Shown: positions 26,740 to 36,522 of the stretch, piece by piece
Position numbering within the stretch: the first letter of the stretch is position 1
Layout: every line of letters begins with the position of its first letter
Source: Candidatus Cryptobacteroides sp.
GTDB taxonomy: Bacteria > Bacteroidota > Bacteroidia > Bacteroidales > UBA932
Direction of reading: 5' to 3'
NCBI GenBank assembly: GCA_051870255.1
Contig: JBJEBR010000064.1
Location: 15,642-79,641 of the forward strand
DNA length: 64,000 bases
Program-made: the position numbers and the translations under genes
The notes under the pieces: model-generated
The model's input: the letters and a program-made list of their open reading frames with translations, nothing else
Told to the model about the DNA's origin: nothing
Databases searched by the model: none

Positions 26740-28416
26740 TCAGGCATTCCTGAACTGCACGGGAGTGCAACCTACGGTCTTTTTGAAAAGGGTACTGAAA
26801 TAGGCATGGTCACTGAACCCGCATCTTTGGGCGACCTCCCATACAGGGAGAGAAGTACCGCGAAGCAGTTCCTTGGCCCTGGATATCCTGATGGCAAGGA
26901 TGAAATCCGTGGTGGTGCATCCGGCTGAGGCTCTGACCTTGCGGTTGAGATGGGCTCTTGAGACGCACATCCGGGATGCAATGAGTTCGTAGTCCACATT
27001 GCCGGTCGGTATGACTTCAAGGGCTACCTCGGTAAGGCGGCGGAGAAAATCATTGTCTGAATCCTGCTTCTCATCGGAATTGGTGTCCGGTTTCTGGTTG
27101 CTTGAGGAAGATTCTTCCAGTTCTGCAATGCGCGCCATGGCCTTGGCCAATGATTTTCTTGTATTCTTCATCCGTCTCAATACGATGAACAAGGATATGG
27201 AAACAATCAATCCGACGAGGATTCCAGCCATAGTCATCCATCTGCGGACTTTCCTGTCATGCTCCATTTTTTCCTGCAGCAGGTCGTTGCGGTACAATGC
27301 GTGATATTCGTTCAGCCCGCGATTCATCTCGCTGTTGTAGAGGCTGTCACGGATTTCGGTGTATCGCATCATGTGAGCTGCGGCTCCGGACGGGTCGGTC
27401 GGCATAAGGGATTTGGCCAGCCCGTAGTGTGAGCGGCTCATGTTGTAGGAGTCGCCTTTCGATTCGAAAAAGCGCAAAGCCTGCCTGAAATATCCGGCTG
27501 CGGCTGCCGGGTCGCCTTTCTCCAGGAGGAGTTCGCCCATCTGATTGGAGGCGATGGCCAGAGACTGGATATTGCCGTATTTCTCAAGCACCGGCATCGC
27601 TTCCAAGAGCCACTTTTCCGCTTGGGATTCGTTGCCCAATGACTTTGCAGCCGAGGCCATCTGGACGAGTCTCACGGCAGCCTTGTCCCTCTGGCCGAGG
27701 GCGGTGCTGACATCGTAGGCCCGTTTTGCATATTCGAGGCTTTTTTCATCCTGGCCCATGGCGTGGTATATCTCGGATGCCATTCCGAGGCGCACCGAGA
27801 GCATGACGGAGTCGCGTTCCTGTTCGCAGATTCCGATGGCTTCAAGTATGTATTGTTCACCTTGAGCGGGCTGCCGTGAGGCAAGGCTGATTCCGGCTAT
27901 GGTGTTGAGTGCGTAAGCCATACGCTCTTTGTCCTCAAGTTTCCTTGCCAGACTGAGGGACCTTTTGGAGTATTCCAAGGCTTTGACAAAGTCGGACTGG
28001 CGGAAATATGCTATGGATATCAGATTGGTGCAATCCGCCTCGAGAACAGGGGAATCCACCTTGCAGTCAAGCAGTTCCATTGCCTTGATGGCGTAGCCGA
28101 GGGATGTCGTGTAGTCCTGACGGTCGTAATACCATTCTCCTGCCCAATACATTGTCAGGGCCATCATACTGTCCCGGGGGCATTTGTCGGGAATTATTAT
28201 TCTGCCTTCGGTAAAGCCTTCATTGTCGAGGATATCCAGGATTTTTTGGGATATGCTTTTTGCTTCGGAAGCATTGCAGGTCTGCAACCGGGACATGAGA
28301 GAGTCCACGATTGGAGCAGTGGAGGCGGCCCCGTCCGCAATGGCTGGCAGGGCAAGGAGTGGCAGGGCTATGATGATTGCTGCTATATACAGTTTGTGGG
28401 CTATTCTCATAGGCAT
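26740..28416 (-). CDS. Membrane-anchored TPR-repeat AraC-family regulator
   Basis: Signal-like N-terminus, multiple TPR-like helices, TM segment WMTMAGILVGLIVSISLFIVL, C-terminal IASRMCVSRAHLNRKV...VAQRCGFSDHAYFSTLFKK. Confidence 0.9.
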   Translation of the reverse strand: MPMRIAHKLYIAAIIIALPLLALPAIADGAASTAPIVDSLMSRLQTCNASEAKSISQKILDILDNEGFTEGRIIIPDKCPRDSMMALTMYWAGEWYYDRQDYTTSLGYAIKAMELLDCKVDSPVLEADCTNLISIAYFRQSDFVKALEYSKRSLSLARKLEDKERMAYALNTIAGISLASRQPAQGEQYILEAIGICEQERDSVMLSVRLGMASEIYHAMGQDEKSLEYAKRAYDVSTALGQRDKAAVRLVQMASAAKSLGNESQAEKWLLEAMPVLEKYGNIQSLAIASNQMGELLLEKGDPAAAAGYFRQALRFFESKGDSYNMSRSHYGLAKSLMPTDPSGAAAHMMRYTEIRDSLYNSEMNRGLNEYHALYRNDLLQEKMEHDRKVRRWMTMAGILVGLIVSISLFIVLRRMKNTRKSLAKAMARIAELEESSSSNQKPDTNSDEKQDSDNDFLRRLTEVALEVIPTGNVDYELIASRMCVSRAHLNRKVRASAGCTTTDFILAIRISRAKELLRGTSLPVWEVAQRCGFSDHAYFSTLFKKTVGCTPVQFRNA

Positions 28417-28474
28417 GGGTGCTTCCGTTCATGCAAATATATCAAATTTAAGATTAATCTTATGGAAACCCATT

Positions 28475-28510
28475 CAGATTCATTGTCGGTTCCCTCTGTC
28501 GGAATGACAG
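28475..28510 (-). repeat. Degenerate REP-like element
   Basis: cagattcattgtcggttccctctgtcggaatgacag shares agatt..tcggaatgacag ends with the 23883 repeat. Confidence 0.6.
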
Positions 28511-28572
28511 AAAAGCGAATTTTTAGTAATTTTGCCGGGGTTTAATAAAAGGAAGTTGAAAAGACAGGGATT

Positions 28573-29925
28573 ATGGGGATAATACCGGACAAATATATAT
28601 CGGAACTTTCGCGCAAAATGCGTGAGAGTCTGGAGAAATACGAAGGAACGACTGTCGGCGGATGGCTTGCGCTAAGCCCCCTTGTGGTTTTCCTCGTCAT
28701 ATATCTTCTGTCTTCGGTGCTGGCCGGGGATTTCTACAAGATTCCTATCTCTGCGGTATTCCTGATAGCATCGGTATGGGCCGTGTTCATATGCAAGGGC
28801 AAGAACATCGATGAGAAAATCGCAGTGTTCTCGGAGGGGGCAGGCGACAAGAACGTGCTCCTTATGATATGGATATTCGTGCTGGCAGGGGCTTTTGCCG
28901 CCACTGCGAAGGAAATAGGCGCCATAGACGCGACAGTGAACCTGACCTTGCGGATTTTGCCTGGCAGGCTGCTCTTTGCAGGGCTTTTCCTTGCCGCTTG
29001 CTTCATATCAATGTCTGTCGGGACGAGCGTGGGTACGATTGTGGCGATGGTGCCCGTGGCAGCCGGAATTGCCGGGGAGATCGGGGGCAGCGTGCCTATG
29101 ATAACAGCAATAATCGTGGGCGGGGCATTCTTCGGGGACAACCTTTCATTCATATCGGACACCACCATTGCAGCCACGAGGACGCAGAACTGCTCGATGT
29201 CGGACAAGTTCAAGGCCAATCTTTATATCGCTGCTCCTGCGGCGGCAATCGTGGCAGTCATATATATCGTGATGGGGGCTTCCGTTTCATTCAGTCCGGA
29301 GGCCGGGGCCGTAGACTGGGTGCTGCTGATTCCGTATATCCTGATTATCGCACTGTCCATATCGGGGATGAATGTGTCCGCCGTCCTGCTCTGTGGTCTC
29401 GTAGTCAATGCAATCATAGGGTTCACGAGGGGTAGCATCGGTTGGAGCGGATTTCTCGCTGCTGCCGGAGAGGGCATCGGCGGAATGGGAGACCTGATAA
29501 TCGTCACGATGCTGGCAGGAGGTATGTTGGAGGTCATACGCCACAACGGGGGACTTGATTTCATTGTGAACGGGCTTACACGCCATATCCGTGGCAAGAG
29601 AGGCGCGGAACTGAGCATCGCTGGGCTTGTGTCGCTCGCAAACCTGTGCACCGCGAACAACACGATTGCCATCATCACTACCGGGCGGATTGCGAGGGAG
29701 CTTACGGAGAAATTCGGGCTTGACCCGAGAAAGAGTGCCAGCATCCTCGATACTTTCTCATGTCTGGTGCAGGGGTTGATTCCTTACGGGGCGCAGTTGC
29801 TGATGGCTTCTGGTCTGGCGGGGATTTCTTCGGTGTCGATAATTGCATACCTTTATTATCCGTTCGCGCTTGGGGTCATTGCTTTGGGGGCAATTTTGCT
29901 GAGGTTTCCCCGCCAGTATTCCTGA
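28573..29925 (+). CDS. NhaC-family Na+/H+ antiporter-like transporter
   Basis: ISMSVGTSVGT, GGAFFGDNLSFISDTTI, ANNTIAI, SILDTFSC; promoter TAATTTTG at 28527. Confidence 0.88.
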   Translation: MGIIPDKYISELSRKMRESLEKYEGTTVGGWLALSPLVVFLVIYLLSSVLAGDFYKIPISAVFLIASVWAVFICKGKNIDEKIAVFSEGAGDKNVLLMIWIFVLAGAFAATAKEIGAIDATVNLTLRILPGRLLFAGLFLAACFISMSVGTSVGTIVAMVPVAAGIAGEIGGSVPMITAIIVGGAFFGDNLSFISDTTIAATRTQNCSMSDKFKANLYIAAPAAAIVAVIYIVMGASVSFSPEAGAVDWVLLIPYILIIALSISGMNVSAVLLCGLVVNAIIGFTRGSIGWSGFLAAAGEGIGGMGDLIIVTMLAGGMLEVIRHNGGLDFIVNGLTRHIRGKRGAELSIAGLVSLANLCTANNTIAIITTGRIARELTEKFGLDPRKSASILDTFSCLVQGLIPYGAQLLMASGLAGISSVSIIAYLYYPFALGVIALGAILLRFPRQYS

Positions 29926-29955
29926 TTTTGCCTTAGGCTGACTCATTAGAAAATG

Positions 29956-30043
29956 ATTTGGTGTAAAAAAGGGCTGATTTTTACACCGTTTTTGTCTTCG
30001 AAAGCATTTGGTGCAAAAAAAGGCTGTTTTTTGCACCGTTTTG
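29956..30043. repeat. Tandem pair of palindromes (50-bp period)
   Basis: GGTGTAAAAA..TTTTTACACC and GGTGCAAAAAA..TTTTTTGCACC, each flanked by atttg and gttttg. Confidence 0.8.
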
Positions 30044-30051
30044 AAGGGAAG

Positions 30052-30121
30052 GGAGCCTGCAGGAAGGAAGGAGACTTCAGGAAGAAGGAGCCTGCAGGAA
30101 GGAAGGAGACTACAGGAAGAG
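30052..30121. repeat. 2 x 35-bp tandem repeat overlapping the feoB stop
   Basis: ggagcctgcaggaaggaaggagact(t/a)caggaaga(a/g) twice. Confidence 0.85.
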
Positions 30122-32500
30122 GGAGGCGATGTGGAAGGTGGCGAAGGCGAAAACCCATGCTACCAGGATGGTGTAAACGGCGGTGAATATCGCCCATTTC
30201 CAGCCACCGGCTTCCTGCTTTATCGCCACGAAAGTCGCAATGCACGGGAAATACAGCAGGATGAATACCATGAAGGCAAGCGCCGCGGCAGGCGTGACGG
30301 AACGGAGCAGAGCCCTCTGCAACCTGGTCTCGTCACCGTTTGCGACATTTCCATCTATAGGCTCATCATCGGCATACATAACTCCCAATGTACTGACCAC
30401 CAATTCCTTTGCTCCGACTCCGGCTATAATTCCAACACCCATACGCCAGTCAAATCCCAACGGTTTCAGGACAGGCTCCATAGCCTTGCCGACATATCCT
30501 ATGAATGAATGTTCCTGCTGATCGGCGACAGAATCGTAGGCATCGTGGTTCGGGAAATAGCCGAGGAACCATATTGCAACCGAACAGATGAGTATAATTC
30601 CGCTCATCTTGTGCAGATACTGCTTGCCTTTCTCCCAGGTGTGGCGGAACACGGATATGGCGGTCGGTACCCTGTACGGAGGAAGTTCCATCACGAAAGG
30701 CAGGTCGTCTTCCTTGAAGAAACGGCTCATGATCTTGGCTGCGAGCACTGCAACGGCTATTCCGAAGGCATATAATCCGAGGAGTACCAATCCTGCCTTG
30801 CCCGGGAAGAATGCTCCGGCAATCAGGATGAAAACGGGCATACGGCCTGAACAGGACATGAACGGGATTATCAGCATGGTGATGATCCTGCTCTTTCGGC
30901 TCTCAATCGCCCTTGTAGCCATTATGGCCGGGACATTGCATCCGAATCCCATTATCATAGGAATGAAAGACTTGCCGTGGAGTCCCATCTTGTGCATAAG
31001 GCGGTCCATGATGAAGGCCGCCCTCGCCATATATCCCGAATCCTCCATCAATGACAGGAAAAGATACAGAAGCAGGATGTTCGGAAGGAAAACAAGTACG
31101 CTTCCAACTCCGCCGATGACTCCATCCACAATCAGGTCCTTCAGCCATCCGTCCTTCATCACCGAGGCCACGAACGAGCCGAACGCCGACACGAGCCATT
31201 CTATCCATTGCATCGGGTAGTCTCCGATTGCGAATGTCCCTTCGAAGACGAGGTAGAGCAGGAAGAAGAATATCGGGAATGCCAGCCATTTGTTGGTCAC
31301 CACGGCGTCAATCTTGTCCGTGAGCGTATGCCTGTTGCGTTTGGCGTTGCTCTGCTGCCAGGTCTCGGCAAGGGCTCCCTGCACGAATGCATATTTCGCA
31401 TCCACGATGGCGGATTCCAGATTGGTCCCAAGCAGGGATTTGATGCGTTTCTGTTCCTCGAAACGGGCGGATATGATTTCGTCCCTCTGGGGCAGCGACT
31501 CAACGACCTTCTCTATCTCCGAGTCGTTCTCCAGATATTTAATTGCAAGGTAACGGGTTGAGTATCTGTGCCTTATATTTGGATTCTGCTGAATGAGCAG
31601 CTTGATGCGGTCTATACTGTGCTCAAGTTCCGAACCGTGATTGACATGGATGTGGCGGGACAGGTGGGGGTCGGAATTCTCGTATATCTGGATTACGGTG
31701 TCGAAAAGGTTGTCAATCCCCTCGCCGGAGCGGCTCACTGTAGGCACGATTGGCATTCCGAGAAGGTAGCCGAGCTGGCGCATGTCGAGCTTGTCACCCT
31801 TGGCCTTGAGTTCATCGAACATGTTCAGGGCCATCACCACCCTGAGGTTCATGTCTATGAGCTGGGTGGTGAGGTAGAGGTTGCGCTGGAGATTGGAGGC
31901 GTCCACCACATTGACGACCACATCGGGGACATCCTCTATAAGGTTCTTGCGGACATAGCGTTCTTCCGGGCTGTAGGCCGAAAGCGAATATGTTCCGGGG
32001 AGATCAACTATTATGAATTTGTATCCGCCGTGCTCGAAATAGCCCTCCTTGGCATCTACCGTTACGCCGCTGTAGTTTCCTACATGTTCGTGGCTGCCGG
32101 AAGCACGGTTGAAAAGGGATGTCTTGCCGCAGTTCGGGTTGCCGACGAGGGCCACCTTGATTTCTTTTCGGCGCTTGGAGGCAAGGTCTTCCATCTGCCT
32201 TTCGACCTCTATGTCGCTGCATTTCGGGGCCTCCAGGGCAGGCAGCAATTCGGCCTTCATTACGGCTACCGTCTCGCTTTCGCCTATGACTTCTATCATT
32301 TCGGCTTCCTCCCGGCGGAGGGAAATCTTGTATCCTATGATTTCGTACTCAATCGGGTCTTTCAGAGGGGCGTTGAGAATGACCTTGACCTTGTTTCCTT
32401 TCACAAAGCCCATCTCTATGATCCTTTTGCGGAAACTTCCGTGTCCGTGGACCTTCACTATCACTCCACGCTCACCCGTCCTGAGTTCAGACAGTTTCAT
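30110..32500 (-). CDS. feoB: Ferrous iron transporter, FeoA-FeoB fusion
   Basis: N-terminal FeoA (RKRIIEMGFVKG..APLKDP), GNPNCGKTSLFN, DLPGTYSL, NMFD, GFGCNVPA, FMELPPY. Confidence 0.96.
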   Translation of the reverse strand: MKLSELRTGERGVIVKVHGHGSFRKRIIEMGFVKGNKVKVILNAPLKDPIEYEIIGYKISLRREEAEMIEVIGESETVAVMKAELLPALEAPKCSDIEVERQMEDLASKRRKEIKVALVGNPNCGKTSLFNRASGSHEHVGNYSGVTVDAKEGYFEHGGYKFIIVDLPGTYSLSAYSPEERYVRKNLIEDVPDVVVNVVDASNLQRNLYLTTQLIDMNLRVVMALNMFDELKAKGDKLDMRQLGYLLGMPIVPTVSRSGEGIDNLFDTVIQIYENSDPHLSRHIHVNHGSELEHSIDRIKLLIQQNPNIRHRYSTRYLAIKYLENDSEIEKVVESLPQRDEIISARFEEQKRIKSLLGTNLESAIVDAKYAFVQGALAETWQQSNAKRNRHTLTDKIDAVVTNKWLAFPIFFFLLYLVFEGTFAIGDYPMQWIEWLVSAFGSFVASVMKDGWLKDLIVDGVIGGVGSVLVFLPNILLLYLFLSLMEDSGYMARAAFIMDRLMHKMGLHGKSFIPMIMGFGCNVPAIMATRAIESRKSRIITMLIIPFMSCSGRMPVFILIAGAFFPGKAGLVLLGLYAFGIAVAVLAAKIMSRFFKEDDLPFVMELPPYRVPTAISVFRHTWEKGKQYLHKMSGIILICSVAIWFLGYFPNHDAYDSVADQQEHSFIGYVGKAMEPVLKPLGFDWRMGVGIIAGVGAKELVVSTLGVMYADDEPIDGNVANGDETRLQRALLRSVTPAAALAFMVFILLYFPCIATFVAIKQEAGGWKWAIFTAVYTILVAWVFAFATFHIASLFL

Positions 32501-35115
32501 CTTTTTGTCCTCCGATTCTTTCTCTGCTGCTCCCTTTCCAGCTTCTTCTGATACCTTTGACGATATTTTTCAAGTGCCTGTGCATCCTTCTCCGCCTGAC
32601 GGGCAGCATCCATTATGGCCTTGCGCTTCTTCTCGCGCAGTTTCTGCTGTTTCTTTTCCTCTCTGAGCCTCAGCTTCTCGGCATCTCTTTTGTCAAGTTC
32701 GGCCCATTTGGCTTCCTGCCTTGCCTGTCTGGCATCGCGCTGAGTCTGCCGTTGGGCAGCCGCTTTCTCTTTCTGTGCCTGACGTTCGGCCTTCTGCTGT
32801 TCCTTGGACGATGGGGCATCAGCCTGGACCTTATCGGTAGCGACATTGGCAAGGGAATCCTGTCTGCCGATGCTGTCCTTCGTTGCGAGGGAGTCCGCAA
32901 GGACTACCGAGCCCGCATTGCCGAGGGAGTCGGCGAGGGCTGGCACGAGGGAATCGGCTGAGGATTGGGCGAGGGAGTCGGCGAGGGCGATGCTGTCAAG
33001 GCGTTCCCTGTCAAGACGCATCTGCTCCCTGCGGGCCGCTTCGCGTTCCCGGACCACACGGAGGGAGTCGCGTACCCGTATCTGGCGCTGGATGTCGCCG
33101 ATATAACCCGGGAAATAGATTTCCGTCTGGGTGAATTTTGCCCTCGGACGGGATGAATACATCTTTCTCTGGCTTGGTCTGAGCGAAAGAGGAGTCACCG
33201 CGTTGCGGTCGGCAGGGCGGAGCTCGGGATTCCATTTGAATCCTTTGAGACGCTGTTCCTCCCTCGTAAGCTGTACGACAGGATAGCCGTCGTTCTTTGC
33301 CTCGTCATAATAGTGCACCTTCTGAATCTGGCCATCCTTGAAGACCGCCGACAACATCTTTGATTCAGCCTTGTTGACAGTCGCAAGTGCCTGGTTTTCC
33401 TCTATGAAGAATACCGCCGAAGCACCTCCGAGCACATCGAAGCGCTCCAATGTGGACTTCTCCCCGAAATATGCCAGCATCTCCGTTCCCTTTATCTGGT
33501 CGAAATGGAGAGTATCCTCCTTGATGGTGATGAAGGCATTGGACATGAGGCTGGCCTTGTCTATGGTTCCCTTGCTGACGGCCACGGAAATGCTGTCTGC
33601 AGAATACTGGCGCACACTTTCCTGCCATATCATCGGGTCATTGAACATCCTCGCAAGGGAATCGAGGTCGCTGTACAGAAGCGAATCACATACGACCTGC
33701 ATATCCTTCTTGAATATCTTGACCTTGCTGATGGCCTGCAGGAAGCCTATCTTGGTGGTATCCTTCGGTTCTTCTGGGACTACTGTCAGAGAATCCGTGG
33801 CGACGCCCGATGAATCAGAAGCCATGGCCAGGGAATCCCGTGGGGGCATCGGGCTGGCTGCAAGCGAATCCGGTGCGGCACCCGTCCTGGCAGGAGGAGC
33901 CGTCCTGTCCCCGGGACCAGGCTGCTTCGGAGCTCCGGCAGGTTTGGAATCAGGAGCCTGCGGCATGTTCTGATTCTTTCCGGAATCTCCCTTCGGCCTG
34001 TAATTCGGATCGTTCTTCGCCGCCTCCTCCGCTGCCTTTGCCGCAGCTTCCGCCGCTTTCTTCCTGTAGTTCCCTACCGGGTCAACCTGCATCGCGGAGA
34101 GCCTCTCGTTTGCAAGTACGAGTTCAAGGCTGTCCACATCGCACATCATCACAGTCCGGTACACTAGCTTGTCAGCTCCTAGATAAACGGTATCAACTGA
34201 GCCGTCCACCTCCTCGGTCTGCGTAATCACAGCCGGTTTGCGCGTAAGCGTGACACGGGAGGACGAGTCATTGTAATGGATGCGTCCTGCTATAGCGAAT
34301 ACATTCCTCGTGGTGTCGCTGACCTGGACATTGCCCAGCATCTCGACATCCGAGGTAGCCCTGTAGAAGAACAGGCTGTCGCTCCAGCCCTCCTGCTGCT
34401 CAGACATGACATGCACATTCTCCCGGAAAAAGAACAGTTCCCTGCCCCGGTCATACCATCCCCTCGACGATGAAAGCATGTTGTCATCCTTCCAGGCGTC
34501 GGTACCGGATGAGAAAGTGGCAAGGTCGAGGTCCGACTCATATTTCAGAAATCCAGTCTTGACGAATATCGAGTCCGTAAACATGTTCACGTCCTCAGAG
34601 AATGTGAATGTCTTTATCTTGGAGTCATATGTCCCGTCACGACTCTCGATTATCTGACCGTCCTTGTCCCTCATGGAGCCTCCGTCGCGGAATATGGCTA
34701 CGGAATCCTTGGTATTATAATCCAGATGCCTGGTCCTGAGCGTATTATAATCCTTGTCCTGGAGTTGGACAGTCGTACCCCTGAACTGTGCCAGGTCCTC
34801 ATCTATGATATAGGTAAGCTTGTCGCTGTCCAGCACCGTCTCCTCCTGGAGTATGCGGACATTCCCCCATGCCTCAATTATGCGGGTATCAATATTCCAC
34901 AGCGCGGTGTCACATATCAGAAATGTACCGTTATGAAGGAACCTTGCCGGTCCGACAATCTTCCTGTAGCTCGCACCCTCCACATCCACGGTCTGCGCGG
35001 ACTTTGCACTCATGAGTATCACAAGACTGTCCCTCTGCTCCTGCCCTTTGAGTGTAAGGCACAGAAGGAAGGACGCCACGAATGACAAAAGATATGGAAG
35101 TGAAGCCGGCCTCAT
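32497..35115 (-). CDS. OstA/LptA-like periplasmic beta-jellyroll protein with long low-complexity linkers
   Basis: Repeated beta strands (LICDTAL, LDSDKL, GWSDSL), CDSLLYSDLDS; follows surA; charged coiled-coil tail. Confidence 0.75.
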   Translation of the reverse strand: MRPASLPYLLSFVASFLLCLTLKGQEQRDSLVILMSAKSAQTVDVEGASYRKIVGPARFLHNGTFLICDTALWNIDTRIIEAWGNVRILQEETVLDSDKLTYIIDEDLAQFRGTTVQLQDKDYNTLRTRHLDYNTKDSVAIFRDGGSMRDKDGQIIESRDGTYDSKIKTFTFSEDVNMFTDSIFVKTGFLKYESDLDLATFSSGTDAWKDDNMLSSSRGWYDRGRELFFFRENVHVMSEQQEGWSDSLFFYRATSDVEMLGNVQVSDTTRNVFAIAGRIHYNDSSSRVTLTRKPAVITQTEEVDGSVDTVYLGADKLVYRTVMMCDVDSLELVLANERLSAMQVDPVGNYRKKAAEAAAKAAEEAAKNDPNYRPKGDSGKNQNMPQAPDSKPAGAPKQPGPGDRTAPPARTGAAPDSLAASPMPPRDSLAMASDSSGVATDSLTVVPEEPKDTTKIGFLQAISKVKIFKKDMQVVCDSLLYSDLDSLARMFNDPMIWQESVRQYSADSISVAVSKGTIDKASLMSNAFITIKEDTLHFDQIKGTEMLAYFGEKSTLERFDVLGGASAVFFIEENQALATVNKAESKMLSAVFKDGQIQKVHYYDEAKNDGYPVVQLTREEQRLKGFKWNPELRPADRNAVTPLSLRPSQRKMYSSRPRAKFTQTEIYFPGYIGDIQRQIRVRDSLRVVREREAARREQMRLDRERLDSIALADSLAQSSADSLVPALADSLGNAGSVVLADSLATKDSIGRQDSLANVATDKVQADAPSSKEQQKAERQAQKEKAAAQRQTQRDARQARQEAKWAELDKRDAEKLRLREEKKQQKLREKKRKAIMDAARQAEKDAQALEKYRQRYQKKLEREQQRKNRRTKR

Positions 35116-35124
35116 ATATGGGGA

Positions 35125-36522
35125 CTATTCTGCCTTGCGGAATTTCTGCTCCCAGCCGTCGCGGTCGAATGCGCAGTCCTTGAACAGAGGATCCAGCACT
35201 ATGTATGTCGATTGGATTTTGGAATCGATGAACTTGTCTATGGCCGCCGAGGATGCTTCCTGCTTGGCATGTTCGAGAAGCAGGTTGTAATCCGTTGAAA
35301 ACGAGGCTGTATGGGACGGGATGATCTTGTCGAGACGGATGATCTTGTAAACAAGGTTACCGCTGCGGCCCTCATTGTCAAGGGATTCGAGCGGAGAGGA
35401 AATCTCTCCTTCCTTCAGGTCCCTGATCGCATAGTAATCCTGAGGCTTGAGCTGGTCTATCTCGAAATAAGATGAACCTGTGTTCGGGTCTGCCATCTGC
35501 CCTCCGTTGGTCCTTGTGGCAGGGTCCTCGGAGAAGAATCTCGCCGCGAGGTCGAATGCGATGTTGCCTTTGATGATTTCATTGCGGAGGCTGTCAAGTA
35601 CCTTGAAACCCTTCTCCCTGTCATCGGATGTGTATTCCGGCTTGAGAAGGATATGCCTTGCATTGAACATATCGCCCTTCTTGTCAAGCACCTCTATGAT
35701 ATGGAATCCGTCAGGAGTCTCAACTATCTGTGACACAACCCCTGGCTTGAGGGACATCGCTGCATCGGAGAAGGCCGGCCAGAAGATGGACTTGGAGGCC
35801 ATGCCGAGCTCACCTCCCCTTCTCGCGCTGCCCGGATCCTGGGAGTAGATTCGGGCAAGAGTGGAGAATTTCTCCCCGTTCATGATACGTTCACGGATGG
35901 CAAGAAGGCGTTCTTTGACGGCAAGATTGGCCGCCTCGCGGTCAGGATATACGCAAATCTGGCTGAGCTGGTATTTGACCGGGACAATCGGCAGGTCGTC
36001 CTTGTCGGCTGCTTCCACATAATTCTGGACATCATATGGAGTAAGTTCAGGTATGTTGGCTGCTACCTTGCCCTGCATCTGCTGGGTAAGGCTCATCTCC
36101 TGAAGAGATTCCCTCCATTCCTGGCGGAGCTTGTACAGAGGCTTGCCGAAGTATTTCTCTACCTCCTCGTCTCCACCAAGCTGGGTGCGGATTTGGTCGA
36201 TCCTGTTGCGCATCTCGCCCTCAACCATATCGTTGTTCACCGTAAGGGAGTCAAGGCGGGCCTGCATCAGGAACAGCTTGGAGACCAGCATCTGCTCCAG
36301 GATTTCACAGCGCATGTTCCTGTCGGACATCATGCCCTGCGCCCTCATCATCTGCACTTCCTCCTCCAGTTGGGACAACATTATCATTTCGTTGCCGACT
36401 ACCGCTATGGATTTGTCTATTATCCCGTCGGGATATTTCTGCGCAGACATCTGCACTGCAACGAGGGCAAGCGCAACGGCTGCCAGAGCTTTCAAGGGAT
36501 GGGTGTATTTCATATTCATCAA
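35125..36522 (-). CDS. surA: SurA-like peptidyl-prolyl isomerase chaperone
   Basis: IDKSIAVVGNE, YSQDPGSARRGGELG, VETPDGFHII, ARHILLKP. Confidence 0.85.
   Translation of the reverse strand: MMNMKYTHPLKALAAVALALVAVQMSAQKYPDGIIDKSIAVVGNEMIMLSQLEEEVQMMRAQGMMSDRNMRCEILEQMLVSKLFLMQARLDSLTVNNDMVEGEMRNRIDQIRTQLGGDEEVEKYFGKPLYKLRQEWRESLQEMSLTQQMQGKVAANIPELTPYDVQNYVEAADKDDLPIVPVKYQLSQICVYPDREAANLAVKERLLAIRERIMNGEKFSTLARIYSQDPGSARRGGELGMASKSIFWPAFSDAAMSLKPGVVSQIVETPDGFHIIEVLDKKGDMFNARHILLKPEYTSDDREKGFKVLDSLRNEIIKGNIAFDLAARFFSEDPATRTNGGQMADPNTGSSYFEIDQLKPQDYYAIRDLKEGEISSPLESLDNEGRSGNLVYKIIRLDKIIPSHTASFSTDYNLLLEHAKQEASSAAIDKFIDSKIQSTYIVLDPLFKDCAFDRDGWEQKFRKAE

Noticed and set aside
31568-32551. 327-aa plus-strand ORF, and other long antisense ORFs (38042-38836, 23331-24083, 17021-17689, 5423-6097, 30588-31220, 33338-33973)
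   Set aside because: They lie opposite well-supported genes and have no recognisable motifs; they are shadow ORFs from codon bias.
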